A stretch of DNA of 41,103 nt from positions 1-41,103 of the forward strand of contig JBCLFD010000003.1 of NCBI GenBank assembly GCA_038912545.1, read 5' to 3'. The stretch comes from Minisyncoccia bacterium (lineage in GTDB: Bacteria; Patescibacteriota; Minisyncoccia; Phycocordibacterales; Phycocordibacteraceae). A program made the translations under genes and the position numbers. The number at the start of each line of letters is the position of its first letter. Within the stretch, counting starts at the first letter, position 1. Under the pieces are notes generated by a model that had not been told where the DNA came from, searched no databases, and was given only the letters and a program-made list of their open reading frames with translations. Positions 22,463 to 32,317 of this stretch are shown here, one piece after another.

Positions 22463-22825
22463 ATGAACATCACCATCAAGGCGACGAAATATACACTCAC
22501 TCCAGAGACCGAAGCAATCATTGAAGAAAAGCTCGCGGCCCCGCTCCGTTTGCTCGGCGATAAAGCCGATGGAGCTTTGCTTGAAATAGATGTTGAACAT
22601 GCACCGCCCGAAGGACGTTCGTCAGAGCCGTGCCGTATCGTCGCGCGACTTATCGTTGACGGTAACGTCTTTCACGCGGAGGCAGTGAAGCCCTCGCCCG
22701 AGGCCGCTGCAGACAAGGTTCGTGCCGAGCTTGAAGCAGAGATACGCCATACGATGGGGCGAACACAGCGACTTATCAGACGGGGAGGTGCCGCGCTTAA
22801 GCGAATGCTTCGCTTTGGTCGCTAA
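22463..22825 (+). CDS. hpf: Ribosome hibernation/S30AE-family protein (HPF/RaiA-like)
   Basis: MNITIKATKYTLTPETEAIIEEKLA.. is a typical N-terminus. It has a beta-alpha-beta pattern and a basic tail. Confidence 0.6.
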   Translation: MNITIKATKYTLTPETEAIIEEKLAAPLRLLGDKADGALLEIDVEHAPPEGRSSEPCRIVARLIVDGNVFHAEAVKPSPEAAADKVRAELEAEIRHTMGRTQRLIRRGGAALKRMLRFGR

Positions 22826-23691
22826 GAATACGCCATTTCGCGCTTACCCTCCGGAATAACGCGTTCAATAACAAATTCTCCGTTCTTGAGAGATGCGAAG
22901 GTAATTTTGACGCGTTTTTCGTTTTTATAAAAATATGTGCCGATGGAGTCGGCATAGGCGCGATATTTGTTCCAGTTCTCTTGTGCTGGCGCGTCAAGCA
23001 AGAGCAGGCCGTCTTCTTTTTTTAATTTGCGTGCGTGCGGAGTGGGCGAGACAGCTGGTTGCGAAACAGGTGTGATTTCACCGCGCTCAAATAAAAGGAG
23101 CGTCTCGGCGAGCAGTTCGGCACCTAGCGAGATAAGCCGTGGACGAAGTTCTTTAGATGTCTCCGCGACGCCTATCGGCGTCGCTCGTTGCGCGACGATG
23201 TCGCCCGCGTCCAGCGCAAACACCATTTTCTGTATCGTAACACCCGTCTCGGCTTCGCCGGCGAGCAGAGCTGATTCAAGCGGAGTCGCACCGCGATACT
23301 TAGGGAGCAGGGAATAGTGGACATTCAACACTCCTTTTGGAAAAGTTTGAATAAGAGTTTCGGGAAATATCTTGCCGTAAGCAACGACGACTGCATACTC
23401 GGCGTTATGTGAACGAATTTCTGCGATTACATTGTCGTCTAGCTTTTCTGGCGTGAAGACATCGATACCGTGACTCTCGGCGAGCACCTTTACCGGTGAA
23501 GGCGTAAGTGCGAGACCGCGCCCTTTTGGCGCGTCGGGAGACGTGACCACCAATTTCGGAATAAAACCGCTTGCGAGCAGTGTCGCGAGCGTCCCCTCCG
23601 CGACCTTCGGTGTGCCGAAAAAAACGAAGCGAAGCGAAGTCCCTTCACTCGTCTGCGAGTGTTGCTGGATGAAATTATGCGACGGGCTCAT
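22822..23691 (-). CDS. fmt: Methionyl-tRNA formyltransferase
   Basis: FVFFGTPKVAEGTL..SPDAPKGRGLALTPSPVK..LNVHYSLLPKYRG. The start is placed at the internal Met (MSPSH..). The ORF-track start at 23733 would run 59 nt into def. Confidence 0.85.
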   Translation of the reverse strand: MSPSHNFIQQHSQTSEGTSLRFVFFGTPKVAEGTLATLLASGFIPKLVVTSPDAPKGRGLALTPSPVKVLAESHGIDVFTPEKLDDNVIAEIRSHNAEYAVVVAYGKIFPETLIQTFPKGVLNVHYSLLPKYRGATPLESALLAGEAETGVTIQKMVFALDAGDIVAQRATPIGVAETSKELRPRLISLGAELLAETLLLFERGEITPVSQPAVSPTPHARKLKKEDGLLLLDAPAQENWNKYRAYADSIGTYFYKNEKRVKITFASLKNGEFVIERVIPEGKREMAYS

Positions 23692-24235
23692 GTTCAACGT
23701 GATTAATCTTGAGTAGATTTTCGGCGTGGTCAATAAAGAGGATGCCGTTTAGGTGGTCAATCTCGTGCTGAAAAATCTGGGCGAGGAGCCCGCCCGCACC
23801 GCGTTCAATCTTCGTCCCGTCTGCACGGCGCGCACGAATGGTGACGCGTTCGTGGCGCTTTGTAGTGCCGTAGACACCCCTGACGGAGAGACATCCTTCA
23901 TCGGCATTTTTACGGCGACGCGAACTCTTCACAATTTCTGGATTAATAAATACCTCAAGTTGTGGGGCTAAAACTTCCGGCAAAGCCGGAAGTTCGCCCG
24001 ACGCGCCGCTCTGCGGCGCGTTTAGGGGCAATGTTCTATCAATGCGCACAACGAACATGCGATAGGATACGCCGACCTGTGGCGCCGCGAGCGCGACGCC
24101 TTCGGGCTGTACGTCAAGCGCTTCTGTCATATCTTTAACGAGACTCGTCAGCTCATCCGAGCCGAAAAGTTTTTCAGGAACTGATTTCGCGATTTCGCGT
24201 AGCACTTTTGCTCCTTCTTGCATGATATCAACCAT
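23675..24235 (-). CDS. def: Peptide deformylase
   Basis: Motifs GVALAAPQVG, EGCLS and QHEIDHLNG. Forms the def-fmt operon. Confidence 0.9.
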   Translation of the reverse strand: MVDIMQEGAKVLREIAKSVPEKLFGSDELTSLVKDMTEALDVQPEGVALAAPQVGVSYRMFVVRIDRTLPLNAPQSGASGELPALPEVLAPQLEVFINPEIVKSSRRRKNADEGCLSVRGVYGTTKRHERVTIRARRADGTKIERGAGGLLAQIFQHEIDHLNGILFIDHAENLLKINHVEHEPVA

Positions 24236-24256
24236 GTTCCGTAATATATCAGAAAA

Positions 24257-24559
24257 CTAGGGTTTCGGGTGCTTGTCGGGGTCCAGCTCCCACCAGAATT
24301 TCTTGCTGAAACTTTTTGCTTTACTACACACACTTTTCAGATAGTAGAGGTCGGCTGTAGGAATACCTTCCAGTTCAGTACCGAGGTGTCCCATCGTCAT
24401 GGACTCCAGTCCGTCCTGTTTGCGCGAATAGTTAAGGTGACGCTGGAAGAAACGCATTAGCTCCCCGCGCTCGGTCTCGCGCTTTCGCCCCTTCGGTGCC
24501 TCCAATACCTTCTTCGCTATGTCAGGCAATATCTCTCCAATGCGTTTCATAATATCCAT
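24257..24559 (-). CDS. Hypothetical protein (100 aa)
   Basis: ORF directly upstream of def on the same strand. No motif recognised. Confidence 0.4.
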   Translation of the reverse strand: MDIMKRIGEILPDIAKKVLEAPKGRKRETERGELMRFFQRHLNYSRKQDGLESMTMGHLGTELEGIPTADLYYLKSVCSKAKSFSKKFWWELDPDKHPKP

Positions 24560-24681
24560 TATAACGCTCCCGACCGAAACGAAAAATGTTCCTCTTTAAC
24601 TAAAGAGGAAATCTGTCTTTTTAGAGCTATACGTTTACGAACATCAGTTTCCATGAGAAGATATCTGAAATTCATATTTCT

Positions 24682-25965
24682 ATGAAAGAAGCTTTTATTA
24701 TCAATGGATTTGCTGGGGAAAAACCTCTCCATGGAGAAATTTCTGTTCGTGGAGCAAAAAACGATGTATTGAAGATGATAGCGTCTTCGTTTTTGTTTCA
24801 AGATGCCGTACACATCGCGAATGTTCCAGATATTGCTGACGTAAGTTCTCTGGTAAGTCTTACAGAAAACCTTGGCTCGCAGGTAATTCGAAAAGGCGAT
24901 CAGATGGTAATTTCGGCGCCTTTAGGAACCCATGCGATATTGGATCGCGATTTAGCGAAAAGACTTCGTTCGTCGGTTGTTTTGACCGGACCAATTCTCG
25001 CACGGTACGGGAAGGTCGCGTTTCCGCATCCTGGGGGATGCGTTATTGGAGCTCGTCCAATCGATCTTTTCATTAAATCTTTTGAGAAAATGGGGGCTTT
25101 GTGCAGCGTGGATAATGAGTATTACAAAATTGAAGCGGAGAATAGTAAGTTGCACGGAGCTGATATTTTTCTTGATATTGCAAGTGTTGGTGTAACTGAA
25201 ACTGTGATGATGGCAGCGACCCTCGCTGAGGGTACGACGTATATTCGCAATGCTGCCATGGAGCCTGAGATTCAAAATCTGGCCGAGTATCTTGTCTCCT
25301 GCGGCGCTCGTATCACTGGAATTAGTACTTCGACTCTGACCATTGAGGGAGGAAATATTTTGCTATCAAAAGGCAAGGAATATCACGTTATTCCGGATCG
25401 AATCGAGACCGGAAGTTTTCTGATTCTCGCTGCTCTTGCGGGTGAGGATGTGCGTGTAACTAATTGCAGACCCCTTCATGTTCAGTCGTTGCTCTCCTTA
25501 CTCCAACAATCTGGAGTTCGGTATGAATGTACTCACGATTCAATTCATGTGAAAAAAACATCCACACCCTATACGGCAGTCAATGTGCGTACGCATGAAT
25601 ATCCAGGTTTCGCTACCGACTTACAGGCTCCGATGGTAGTTTTCCTAACGCAAGCAGTGGGAGAAAGTATTGTATTTGAAACCATGTTTGAAGGACGTTT
25701 AAATTATACGCAGGATTTAATCAAGATGGGTGCGGACATTACCATGTTTGATCCACATAGAATTATGATTCGCGGACCGAAAATACTTTCAGGCAGAGAT
25801 CTTGAGGGGCCGGATTTGCGCGCTGGGCTGGCATATATCATTGCGGCTGTCGTTGCAAAAAAGAAATCCGTCATTCACAATATAAGTCATATTGACCGAG
25901 GATATGAAAAGATAGAAGAACGTTTCCGAGCTTTGGGGGTCGACATTATCAGAATTACAGAATAG
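24682..25965 (+). CDS. murA: UDP-N-acetylglucosamine 1-carboxyvinyltransferase
   Basis: VRGAKNDVLKMIASS, and PGGCVIGARPIDL containing the catalytic Cys loop. EPSP-synthase-like repeats and a length of 427 aa. Confidence 0.9.
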   Translation: MKEAFIINGFAGEKPLHGEISVRGAKNDVLKMIASSFLFQDAVHIANVPDIADVSSLVSLTENLGSQVIRKGDQMVISAPLGTHAILDRDLAKRLRSSVVLTGPILARYGKVAFPHPGGCVIGARPIDLFIKSFEKMGALCSVDNEYYKIEAENSKLHGADIFLDIASVGVTETVMMAATLAEGTTYIRNAAMEPEIQNLAEYLVSCGARITGISTSTLTIEGGNILLSKGKEYHVIPDRIETGSFLILAALAGEDVRVTNCRPLHVQSLLSLLQQSGVRYECTHDSIHVKKTSTPYTAVNVRTHEYPGFATDLQAPMVVFLTQAVGESIVFETMFEGRLNYTQDLIKMGADITMFDPHRIMIRGPKILSGRDLEGPDLRAGLAYIIAAVVAKKKSVIHNISHIDRGYEKIEERFRALGVDIIRITE

Positions 25966-26021
25966 TTTGAAGAGGTTTCTTGTTTTTGCGCTGCGCCCTG
26001 AGTGAGGATATAATATGACTA

Positions 26022-27047
26022 ATGTCATTTTTCTCACCGAAGCTCGGTATTGATTTAGGGACGACGAATGTGCTCGTTTTTGTCCCCGGTAAAGGCATCG
26101 TTATCAACGAGCCATCGGTCGTGACGGTGAGTAAAGAGAAGGGAGGCAGGGGAGGAAGTAAAATTCTCGCAATCGGGACCGAGGCGAAGCAGATGATTGG
26201 ACGCACTCCCGACGACATCGTCACGTATCGCCCGCTGAAGGATGGCGTCATTGCGGATTATCGTGTGACCGAGGCGATGCTTCGTTATTTTATGAAGAAG
26301 GCGCTCGGACGGAATCCTTTCAAGCCGACCGTACTCATTTCTGTCCCTGCCGGCGTGACCTCTACTGAGAAGCGTGCGGTCATAGAAGCGGCGATGAAGG
26401 CGGGCGCGAAGAACGCGTATGTGGTGAAGGAACCGATTCTCGCTGCTATCGGTGCGGGCATCCCGATACACGAGCCGATGGGACGCATAATTGTGGACAT
26501 CGGCGGTGGGACGATTGACGTCGCGGTGATCTCGCTCGGTGGTATCGTCGCCTCAACCTCGGTGAAGTGCGCGGGCGACCGGCTGGACCGCGCTATCGTT
26601 GACCATGTGAAGAAACAGCACAATCTCGCCATCGGTGAAAAGAGCGCGGAGGAATTGAAGATTAAAATCGGCGCTGCCGTCCCGATGCAGGAGGAGCTCA
26701 CGATGCCGGTGAAAGGACGTGATCTTATCTCGGGCCTCCCGCGCACGGTTGATCTTTCAACAAATGAACTCGTGCAGGCGATGTCGCGCGAGCTCCGCGA
26801 GATGACGCAGGCGATACGCAAGGTGCTCCAAGAGACCCCGCCGGAGCTCGCTGCCGACATCATTGATAACGGCATCATCCTCACGGGCGGTTCGTCCCAG
26901 CTCCGGCAAATGCCCGAGCTCGTCTTCCGTCGCACTGGGGTAATAGCGAAGCTTGCGCAGGACCCATATTATTGCGTCGCGCGCGGGACCGGCATCGCGT
27001 TGAAGCATTTGAATATGTATCAGAAGAGCATTTTGGCGAAGCGGTAA
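26022..27047 (+). CDS. mreB: Rod shape-determining actin homologue MreB (paralogue 1)
   Basis: GIDLGTTNVLVFVPGKGIVINEPSVV, DIGGGTIDVAVISLGGIV, LTGGSSQL. Confidence 0.9.
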   Translation: MSFFSPKLGIDLGTTNVLVFVPGKGIVINEPSVVTVSKEKGGRGGSKILAIGTEAKQMIGRTPDDIVTYRPLKDGVIADYRVTEAMLRYFMKKALGRNPFKPTVLISVPAGVTSTEKRAVIEAAMKAGAKNAYVVKEPILAAIGAGIPIHEPMGRIIVDIGGGTIDVAVISLGGIVASTSVKCAGDRLDRAIVDHVKKQHNLAIGEKSAEELKIKIGAAVPMQEELTMPVKGRDLISGLPRTVDLSTNELVQAMSRELREMTQAIRKVLQETPPELAADIIDNGIILTGGSSQLRQMPELVFRRTGVIAKLAQDPYYCVARGTGIALKHLNMYQKSILAKR

Positions 27048-27051
27048 TTTT

Positions 27052-27762
27052 ATGCACCTCAAGGATTCTCGGCACCTTCGGCACCATGCGTTTGTCATTG
27101 AAGCAGAGGCAGAGGAGGGAATAGCACTCGCGCTCGGCTGGGCCGAGCGCGAATTAGGTATGAAAGCGAAGGCGAATCCGGACATCGTCACATTTCAATT
27201 CGGACTCCTCTCCGTTGACGACGCACGGCGCGTGAATGATAACGCGATACAAGCGCCGATTGTTGGTGACACAAAGGTAATCATCATCGCGGCGAGCCGC
27301 GCGTACCACGAAGCGCAGAACGCATTGCTGAAGCTTTTTGAAGAACCGCCACGAGGAACCTATGTGTTCCTCGTGCTCCCAACGCTCGGTTCACTACTGC
27401 CAACGCTTCGCTCGCGAGTTCAGGTGCTTGAGAAGGCAGTAGGCAGTAAGCAGAAGGCAGTAATCCCAGATACTGCTGAAGAGTTTATCAATATGAGTAG
27501 AGAAAAAAGAAGTGTGATGATTAAAAAACTTGCGAATGGGAAAGATGAAGACGAACGGCGCGAAAATCGCGATACGGCGATTGCTATTGTGAATGGTATT
27601 GAAGCACTCGCGTATGGTTTTGAGCAAGGTCGGACCTTGCTCAAGCACAGAGCGTTGCTGGAGGATATTCAGATACTACGAGGTCATCTCCACGACCGCT
27701 CGGCACCCGTGCGTATGATTTTGGAGCATCTATCACTAGTACTTCCAAAAAATTTGGTATGA
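27052..27762 (+). CDS. holB: DNA polymerase III delta'-like clamp-loader subunit (short form)
   Basis: AQNALLKLFEEPPRGTYVFLV is the clamp-loader sensor region. There is no Walker A, as expected for delta'. Confidence 0.55.
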   Translation: MHLKDSRHLRHHAFVIEAEAEEGIALALGWAERELGMKAKANPDIVTFQFGLLSVDDARRVNDNAIQAPIVGDTKVIIIAASRAYHEAQNALLKLFEEPPRGTYVFLVLPTLGSLLPTLRSRVQVLEKAVGSKQKAVIPDTAEEFINMSREKRSVMIKKLANGKDEDERRENRDTAIAIVNGIEALAYGFEQGRTLLKHRALLEDIQILRGHLHDRSAPVRMILEHLSLVLPKNLV

Positions 27763-27769
27763 TTAACGC

Positions 27770-28321
27770 ATGAGCTACGATTTCACACCTCTTAAAGCTA
27801 AAATAAAAGAGACCGAAGAATGGCTCGCGCGAGAGCTCTCGGGCGTGCGCACGGGGCGCGCAACGCCGACACTGTTGGACGGCGTGAAGCCCGAGGCATA
27901 CGGCACACGCACCCCGCTTTCGCAGATTGCCTCTGTCTCCGTTGAAGATGCGCGTACTTTGCGGATTATCCCGTGGGACGCGACCCTGACGAAGGCGATT
28001 GAGAAGGCAATTGTGGACGCAGACATTGGTGTCTCGCCCTCCACTGATGACCAAGGGCTCCGCATCTCGTTTCCTGAGCTTACGGCCGAGCGCCGCACTC
28101 AGCTCGTTAAGATCGCCAAAGATAAAACCGAACAGGCACGCACCACGCTTCGTAGCCACCGTACCGACGCAATGAAAGCGCTTGAAGCGGCAGAGAAGGA
28201 AGGCGGTATGGGTGAAGACGAGCTTGCGCGATACAAGGTCGAGATACAAAAACTCATAGACGCAGCAGTCGTCACGGTGGGCGAAGTCCTGAAGAAGAAA
28301 GAAACCGAGATAGCCAAATAA
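27770..28321 (+). CDS. frr: Ribosome recycling factor
   Basis: VRTGRATPTLLDGV..YGTRTPLSQIASVSVEDARTLRIIPWD..LRISFPELTAERR. Confidence 0.92.
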   Translation: MSYDFTPLKAKIKETEEWLARELSGVRTGRATPTLLDGVKPEAYGTRTPLSQIASVSVEDARTLRIIPWDATLTKAIEKAIVDADIGVSPSTDDQGLRISFPELTAERRTQLVKIAKDKTEQARTTLRSHRTDAMKALEAAEKEGGMGEDELARYKVEIQKLIDAAVVTVGEVLKKKETEIAK

Positions 28322-29419
28322 ATGAGCGTACTGATTTTTATTGTCGTAATAGTGGTGCTCATTGTGATACATGAGTTCGGGCATTTCGTCGTGGCGAAGT
28401 GGACGGGTATGCGTGTGGACGAATTTGGACTCGGTTTCCCGCCACGCGCGATGATTATTGCAGACATTGGCGGAACTAAATACACACTCAATTGGTTGCC
28501 CTTCGGTGGCTTCGTGAAGATTCACGGCGAAGATGGGCTTGGTGAAGCTGATAAAGATCCGCGCGCGTTTTCTTCGAAATCGCGCTTCGCACAGGCACTG
28601 GTGCTTGTTGCGGGCGTCGCGATGAATCTCCTGCTCGCCTACGTACTCATCACCGGTGCACTCATCGTCGGCACACCGCGTGCGCTTTCGCCGAGCGAGC
28701 TCGCGAGTGCCCGCAATGCGGAGTTGTTGGTAGCGAATGTGATGCCGAATACGCCCGCCGCACGCGCGGGTCTCCTTCCTGGCGACTCAATCATGAATGC
28801 AACACATGCAAAAGGTACATGGCAGTCAACAGACCTCGCACATTTCACTTCGTTTATCGCGGAGAGCGGTGGAGCAGAGGTTACGCTGACGGTGAAGCGC
28901 AATTCTGAAACAAAGACACTTCTCGCACAGCCCGTGACTGGCATCATCACGAACGACCCCTCGCGCTACGCGCTCGGGGTCACTGTCGCGCCCATCGGCG
29001 TTGTTCCACTTTCATTCTGGGCGGCAATTATTGAAGGCGCACAACTCACGTGGGGCGCGACCGTGCTGACAGCACAAGGTCTCTGGCATTTCTTCGCAGG
29101 CGTCTTCACCATGAGTGCAGATTGGTCGCAGATTGCGGGCCCCGTCGGTATTGCAGGCATCGTGGGCGACACCGCATCAGAGGGTCTTGGCAATCTACTT
29201 TCTCTCGTCGCAATCATTTCTATTAATCTCGCTATTATTAATCTTATTCCCATCCCCGCGCTCGACGGCGGGCGCCTCCTCTTTGTTATTATCGAAAGCA
29301 TTATCCGTCGACCCATCAAGCCCGTCATCGCACGCGGCATAAACGCAGTCGGCTTCGTCTTCCTCATCCTCCTCATGGTCGTGGTGACCGCCCACGACAT
29401 ATTTAAAATTGTGGGGTAG
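28322..29419 (+). CDS. rseP: RIP zinc metalloprotease RseP (M50) with PDZ domain
   Basis: HEFGHF in TM1, a PDZ-like segment (PNTPAARAGLLPGDSI) and NLIPIPALDGG. Confidence 0.88.
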   Translation: MSVLIFIVVIVVLIVIHEFGHFVVAKWTGMRVDEFGLGFPPRAMIIADIGGTKYTLNWLPFGGFVKIHGEDGLGEADKDPRAFSSKSRFAQALVLVAGVAMNLLLAYVLITGALIVGTPRALSPSELASARNAELLVANVMPNTPAARAGLLPGDSIMNATHAKGTWQSTDLAHFTSFIAESGGAEVTLTVKRNSETKTLLAQPVTGIITNDPSRYALGVTVAPIGVVPLSFWAAIIEGAQLTWGATVLTAQGLWHFFAGVFTMSADWSQIAGPVGIAGIVGDTASEGLGNLLSLVAIISINLAIINLIPIPALDGGRLLFVIIESIIRRPIKPVIARGINAVGFVFLILLMVVVTAHDIFKIVG

Positions 29420-29462
29420 TAAAAAGAAACCGCCTTCCAACGGTTTCGTTGAAAGGCGGGAG

Positions 29463-29885
29463 TTACGCGAGCACGCGGGGTTTGGTCATCAAACCCCATA
29501 CATACTGCCAGAAGCCCGTCTTGTTTTTTAGCTCCAAGCTTTTGGACAGTTGGCGGATTATATACTGCGACTGGGCGAGGTATATGGTCTCAATCGCGGA
29601 GTGGCTGAGCTCGTACGTCCAGCCATCATCGGTCTTGGTCTCGACAATCAGGCCTTCTTTGACCATTTGGGCGTAGAGGGTATTCGCGCCGACACGGTCG
29701 GCGTAAGTGAATCCGACCCACTGACCGTGTTTGCGCGACGCATCGACGAAGTCGTAGGCGACGCCCTCTTTCTCCATCTTTCCGAGGGTCCCCATCAAGG
29801 CCATGAACTGCGGGCCGATGACGTTGAGGGAGATGTACTGCGGAAGTATTACCGTATTGACGCTGGAAAGAACAATTTTGTCCAT
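29463..29885 (-). CDS. Hypothetical protein (start at an internal Met preferred)
   Basis: ORF 29463..29963. MDKIVLS.. at 29885 avoids overlap with the proS leader. No motif recognised. Confidence 0.4.
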   Translation of the reverse strand: MDKIVLSSVNTVILPQYISLNVIGPQFMALMGTLGKMEKEGVAYDFVDASRKHGQWVGFTYADRVGANTLYAQMVKEGLIVETKTDDGWTYELSHSAIETIYLAQSQYIIRQLSKSLELKNKTGFWQYVWGLMTKPRVLA

Positions 29886-30018
29886 AAATACTCCTGTTGG
29901 TAAGTGGGCGAGATTGCCTTGCTTACGTGTGTCCATAGTATTACATACTTTACTATTTGTCAATAGCTACTGGAAAATGAGTTTGAACGAGCACACACAG
30001 TGGCGTATACTGCAGGGT

Positions 30019-31263
30019 ATGCGACAGACACAGCTCTTCACGAAGACGCGGCGCGAAGCACCGTCGGATGAGGTTTCTAAAAATGCCCAGCTACTGGTGC
30101 GCGCCGGCTTCGTGCATAAGGAGATGGCCGGCGTCTACTCCTATCTGCCTCTGGGTCTGCGCGTCCTCAACAACATCGTGCGCGTTATTCGCGAGGAGAT
30201 GAATGCGATCGGCGGGCAAGAAATCATCATGACCGCGCTTCAGGACAAACAGCTTTGGGAAAGAACGGATAGATGGGATGATAAAAAAGTAAACAATTGG
30301 TTTAAAACAGAAATGGCGACTGGTGGCGAGACGGGTCTCGCTATCACTCATGAGGAACCGCTCACGCGCATCATGATTTCTCACATATCGAGCTATCGCG
30401 ATTTGCCCGTGATGGTCTACCAATTCCAGAACAAGTTTCGCAATGAGTTGCGCGCGAAGTCGGGCGTGATGCGCGGGAAGGAATTCATGATGAAGGACTT
30501 GTATTCTTTCGCAAAATCACAAGAGGAACACGAAGCACAGTACGCGGCCGCCCGCGCGGCCTACGTAAAGATTTTTGACCGGTTCGGCATCGGTGCGCTC
30601 ACATATCCGACATTTGCCTCCGGCGGCGTCTTCAGCGAATTCTCCGAAGAATTTCAGACGCTTTCGGACGCGGGCGAAGATGTGATTTATGTAGACGAGG
30701 AGAAGCATATCGCGGTCAATAAAGAGGTGTTGAACGACGAGGCGCTCGCGAAGCTCGGACTCGCGCGCGAACGATTGGTTGAAAAGAAAGCTGTTGAATC
30801 GGGCAACATCTTCCATCTCGGTACGCGCTTTTCCGAGGATTTAGGTTTGACCTTCACCGACGAGTCGGGAGCGAAAAAACCAGTCATCATGGGCTCGTAC
30901 GGTATCGGAGTGACGCGCATGATGGGCATCCTGACTGAAGTACTCGCCGACGAGAAGGGCCTCGTATGGCCAGAAGCCGTCGCGCCATTTTCTGTGCATT
31001 TGGTGTCATTAGGGAAGGCGGGAGACGAAGTGGCGAAAACAGCAGACGCGCTGTATGAAGAATTAATGAATGCGGGAGTTGAAGTTTTGTACGATGATAG
31101 AGAGATGTCGGTCGGACAGAAGTTTGCCGAGAGTGATTTGATTGGCATTCCAAAAAGAATTGTAGTGGGGAAGGATGCCGTTGCGACGGGTATGTTTGAA
31201 GTAATAGATCGTGCAAGTGGAAAAGTAGAGAAAAAGAAGCGCACAGAGCTCATCGGGAAATAA
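30019..31263 (+). CDS. proS: Prolyl-tRNA synthetase (short form, no large editing insertion)
   Basis: MRQTQLFTKTRREAPSDEVSKNAQLLVRAGFV is a typical ProRS N-terminus. Class II motifs are FRNELRAKSGVMRGKEFMMKD and GSYGIGVTR, with an anticodon-binding C-terminus. The ORF-track start at 29803 is rejected. Confidence 0.85.
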   Translation: MRQTQLFTKTRREAPSDEVSKNAQLLVRAGFVHKEMAGVYSYLPLGLRVLNNIVRVIREEMNAIGGQEIIMTALQDKQLWERTDRWDDKKVNNWFKTEMATGGETGLAITHEEPLTRIMISHISSYRDLPVMVYQFQNKFRNELRAKSGVMRGKEFMMKDLYSFAKSQEEHEAQYAAARAAYVKIFDRFGIGALTYPTFASGGVFSEFSEEFQTLSDAGEDVIYVDEEKHIAVNKEVLNDEALAKLGLARERLVEKKAVESGNIFHLGTRFSEDLGLTFTDESGAKKPVIMGSYGIGVTRMMGILTEVLADEKGLVWPEAVAPFSVHLVSLGKAGDEVAKTADALYEELMNAGVEVLYDDREMSVGQKFAESDLIGIPKRIVVGKDAVATGMFEVIDRASGKVEKKKRTELIGK

Positions 31264-31264
31264 C

Positions 31265-32317
31265 ATGCCACGGTTCTCAAAAAATTCTTTTTTCTCAAGT
31301 GATATTGCGATTGATCTCGGGACTACGAATACGCTCGTCTATGTGCGCGGGCGCGGAGTGGTCATTAACGAACCCTCGGTTGTCGCGGTCAACGATAAAA
31401 CGAATCAGGTGGTCGCGGTGGGGCACTCCGCCAAAGCGATGCTTGGCAAAACGCCCCCACATATCCGCACCGTGCGTCCGCTCTCGCACGGCGTCATATC
31501 CGACTTTGAAGTGACAGAGGAGTTGCTGACCTATCTCATTAACAAAGCACAAGGCGGTCGTACACGGCTATTTGGTCCGCGCGTGGTCATCGGCGTGCCG
31601 ACCGGAGTGACGAACGTGCAGAGTCGTGCGGTGCGCGACGCAGCGAAGAATGCTGGATCACGCGAGGTGATTATTTTGGAAGAGCCGGTCGCAGGAGCCA
31701 TTGGTGCGAAATTGCCAGTGAATGAGGCCGTCGGCACGATGGTGCTGGACATCGGCGGAGGCACAACCGATATTGCGGTCATCTCGCTCTCGGGCATCGT
31801 CGCCGCAAAGAGTTCGCACGTCGCCGGCGATCGTTTTAATGAGAACATTATTGACTTCGTACGAAGCGAGTTCAAGCTCGGCATCGGCGAACGTACTGCA
31901 GAAGATGTGAAGATATATATCGGGGCGGTGACGCCACTCTCCGAGACCTTGTCGCGCAGTGTGCGCGGGCGCGACCTTGCAACGGGGCTCCCGCGCGAAA
32001 TTACAGTATCGGATGCGCACATTCGCGAAGCACTCGCTCCGTCTCTTGATGCGCTGATGGAAACGATGAAAGAGGTGATTGAAGCGACTCCGCCCGAACT
32101 TCTTTCTGATGTGCTTGAACGCGGCGTGACCGTGTTCGGCGGAGGCGCGCTTCTGCGGGGCCTGCCGCAAGTCCTCGCGAAGATGCTCGGCGTGCCGGTG
32201 CGGGTGGCTCCCGACCCATTGACTGCGGTCGTGCGCGGTGCCGGCATCGTGACGGAAGATCCGGACACGTATCAAGATTTTTTCATCAATGAAGAGGACT
32301 TATTTAGCGAAGCGTAA
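31265..32317 (+). CDS. mreB: Rod shape-determining actin homologue MreB (paralogue 2)
   Basis: IAIDLGTTNTLVYVRGRGVVINEPSVVAV, DIGGGTTDIAVISLSGIV. Followed by mreC and mreD. Confidence 0.9.
   Translation: MPRFSKNSFFSSDIAIDLGTTNTLVYVRGRGVVINEPSVVAVNDKTNQVVAVGHSAKAMLGKTPPHIRTVRPLSHGVISDFEVTEELLTYLINKAQGGRTRLFGPRVVIGVPTGVTNVQSRAVRDAAKNAGSREVIILEEPVAGAIGAKLPVNEAVGTMVLDIGGGTTDIAVISLSGIVAAKSSHVAGDRFNENIIDFVRSEFKLGIGERTAEDVKIYIGAVTPLSETLSRSVRGRDLATGLPREITVSDAHIREALAPSLDALMETMKEVIEATPPELLSDVLERGVTVFGGGALLRGLPQVLAKMLGVPVRVAPDPLTAVVRGAGIVTEDPDTYQDFFINEEDLFSEA

Noticed and set aside
26055-32275. Long antisense or out-of-frame ORFs inside core genes, e.g. 26285..26935(-), 27641..28525(-), 28966..29499(-), 30687..31298(-), 31531..32268(-), 31658..32275(-), 32561..33226(-)
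   Set aside because: These are shadow ORFs typical of G+C-rich coding DNA. Each lies wholly within a gene with clear family motifs on the other strand or frame, and has Arg/Ser/Pro-rich, motif-less translations.
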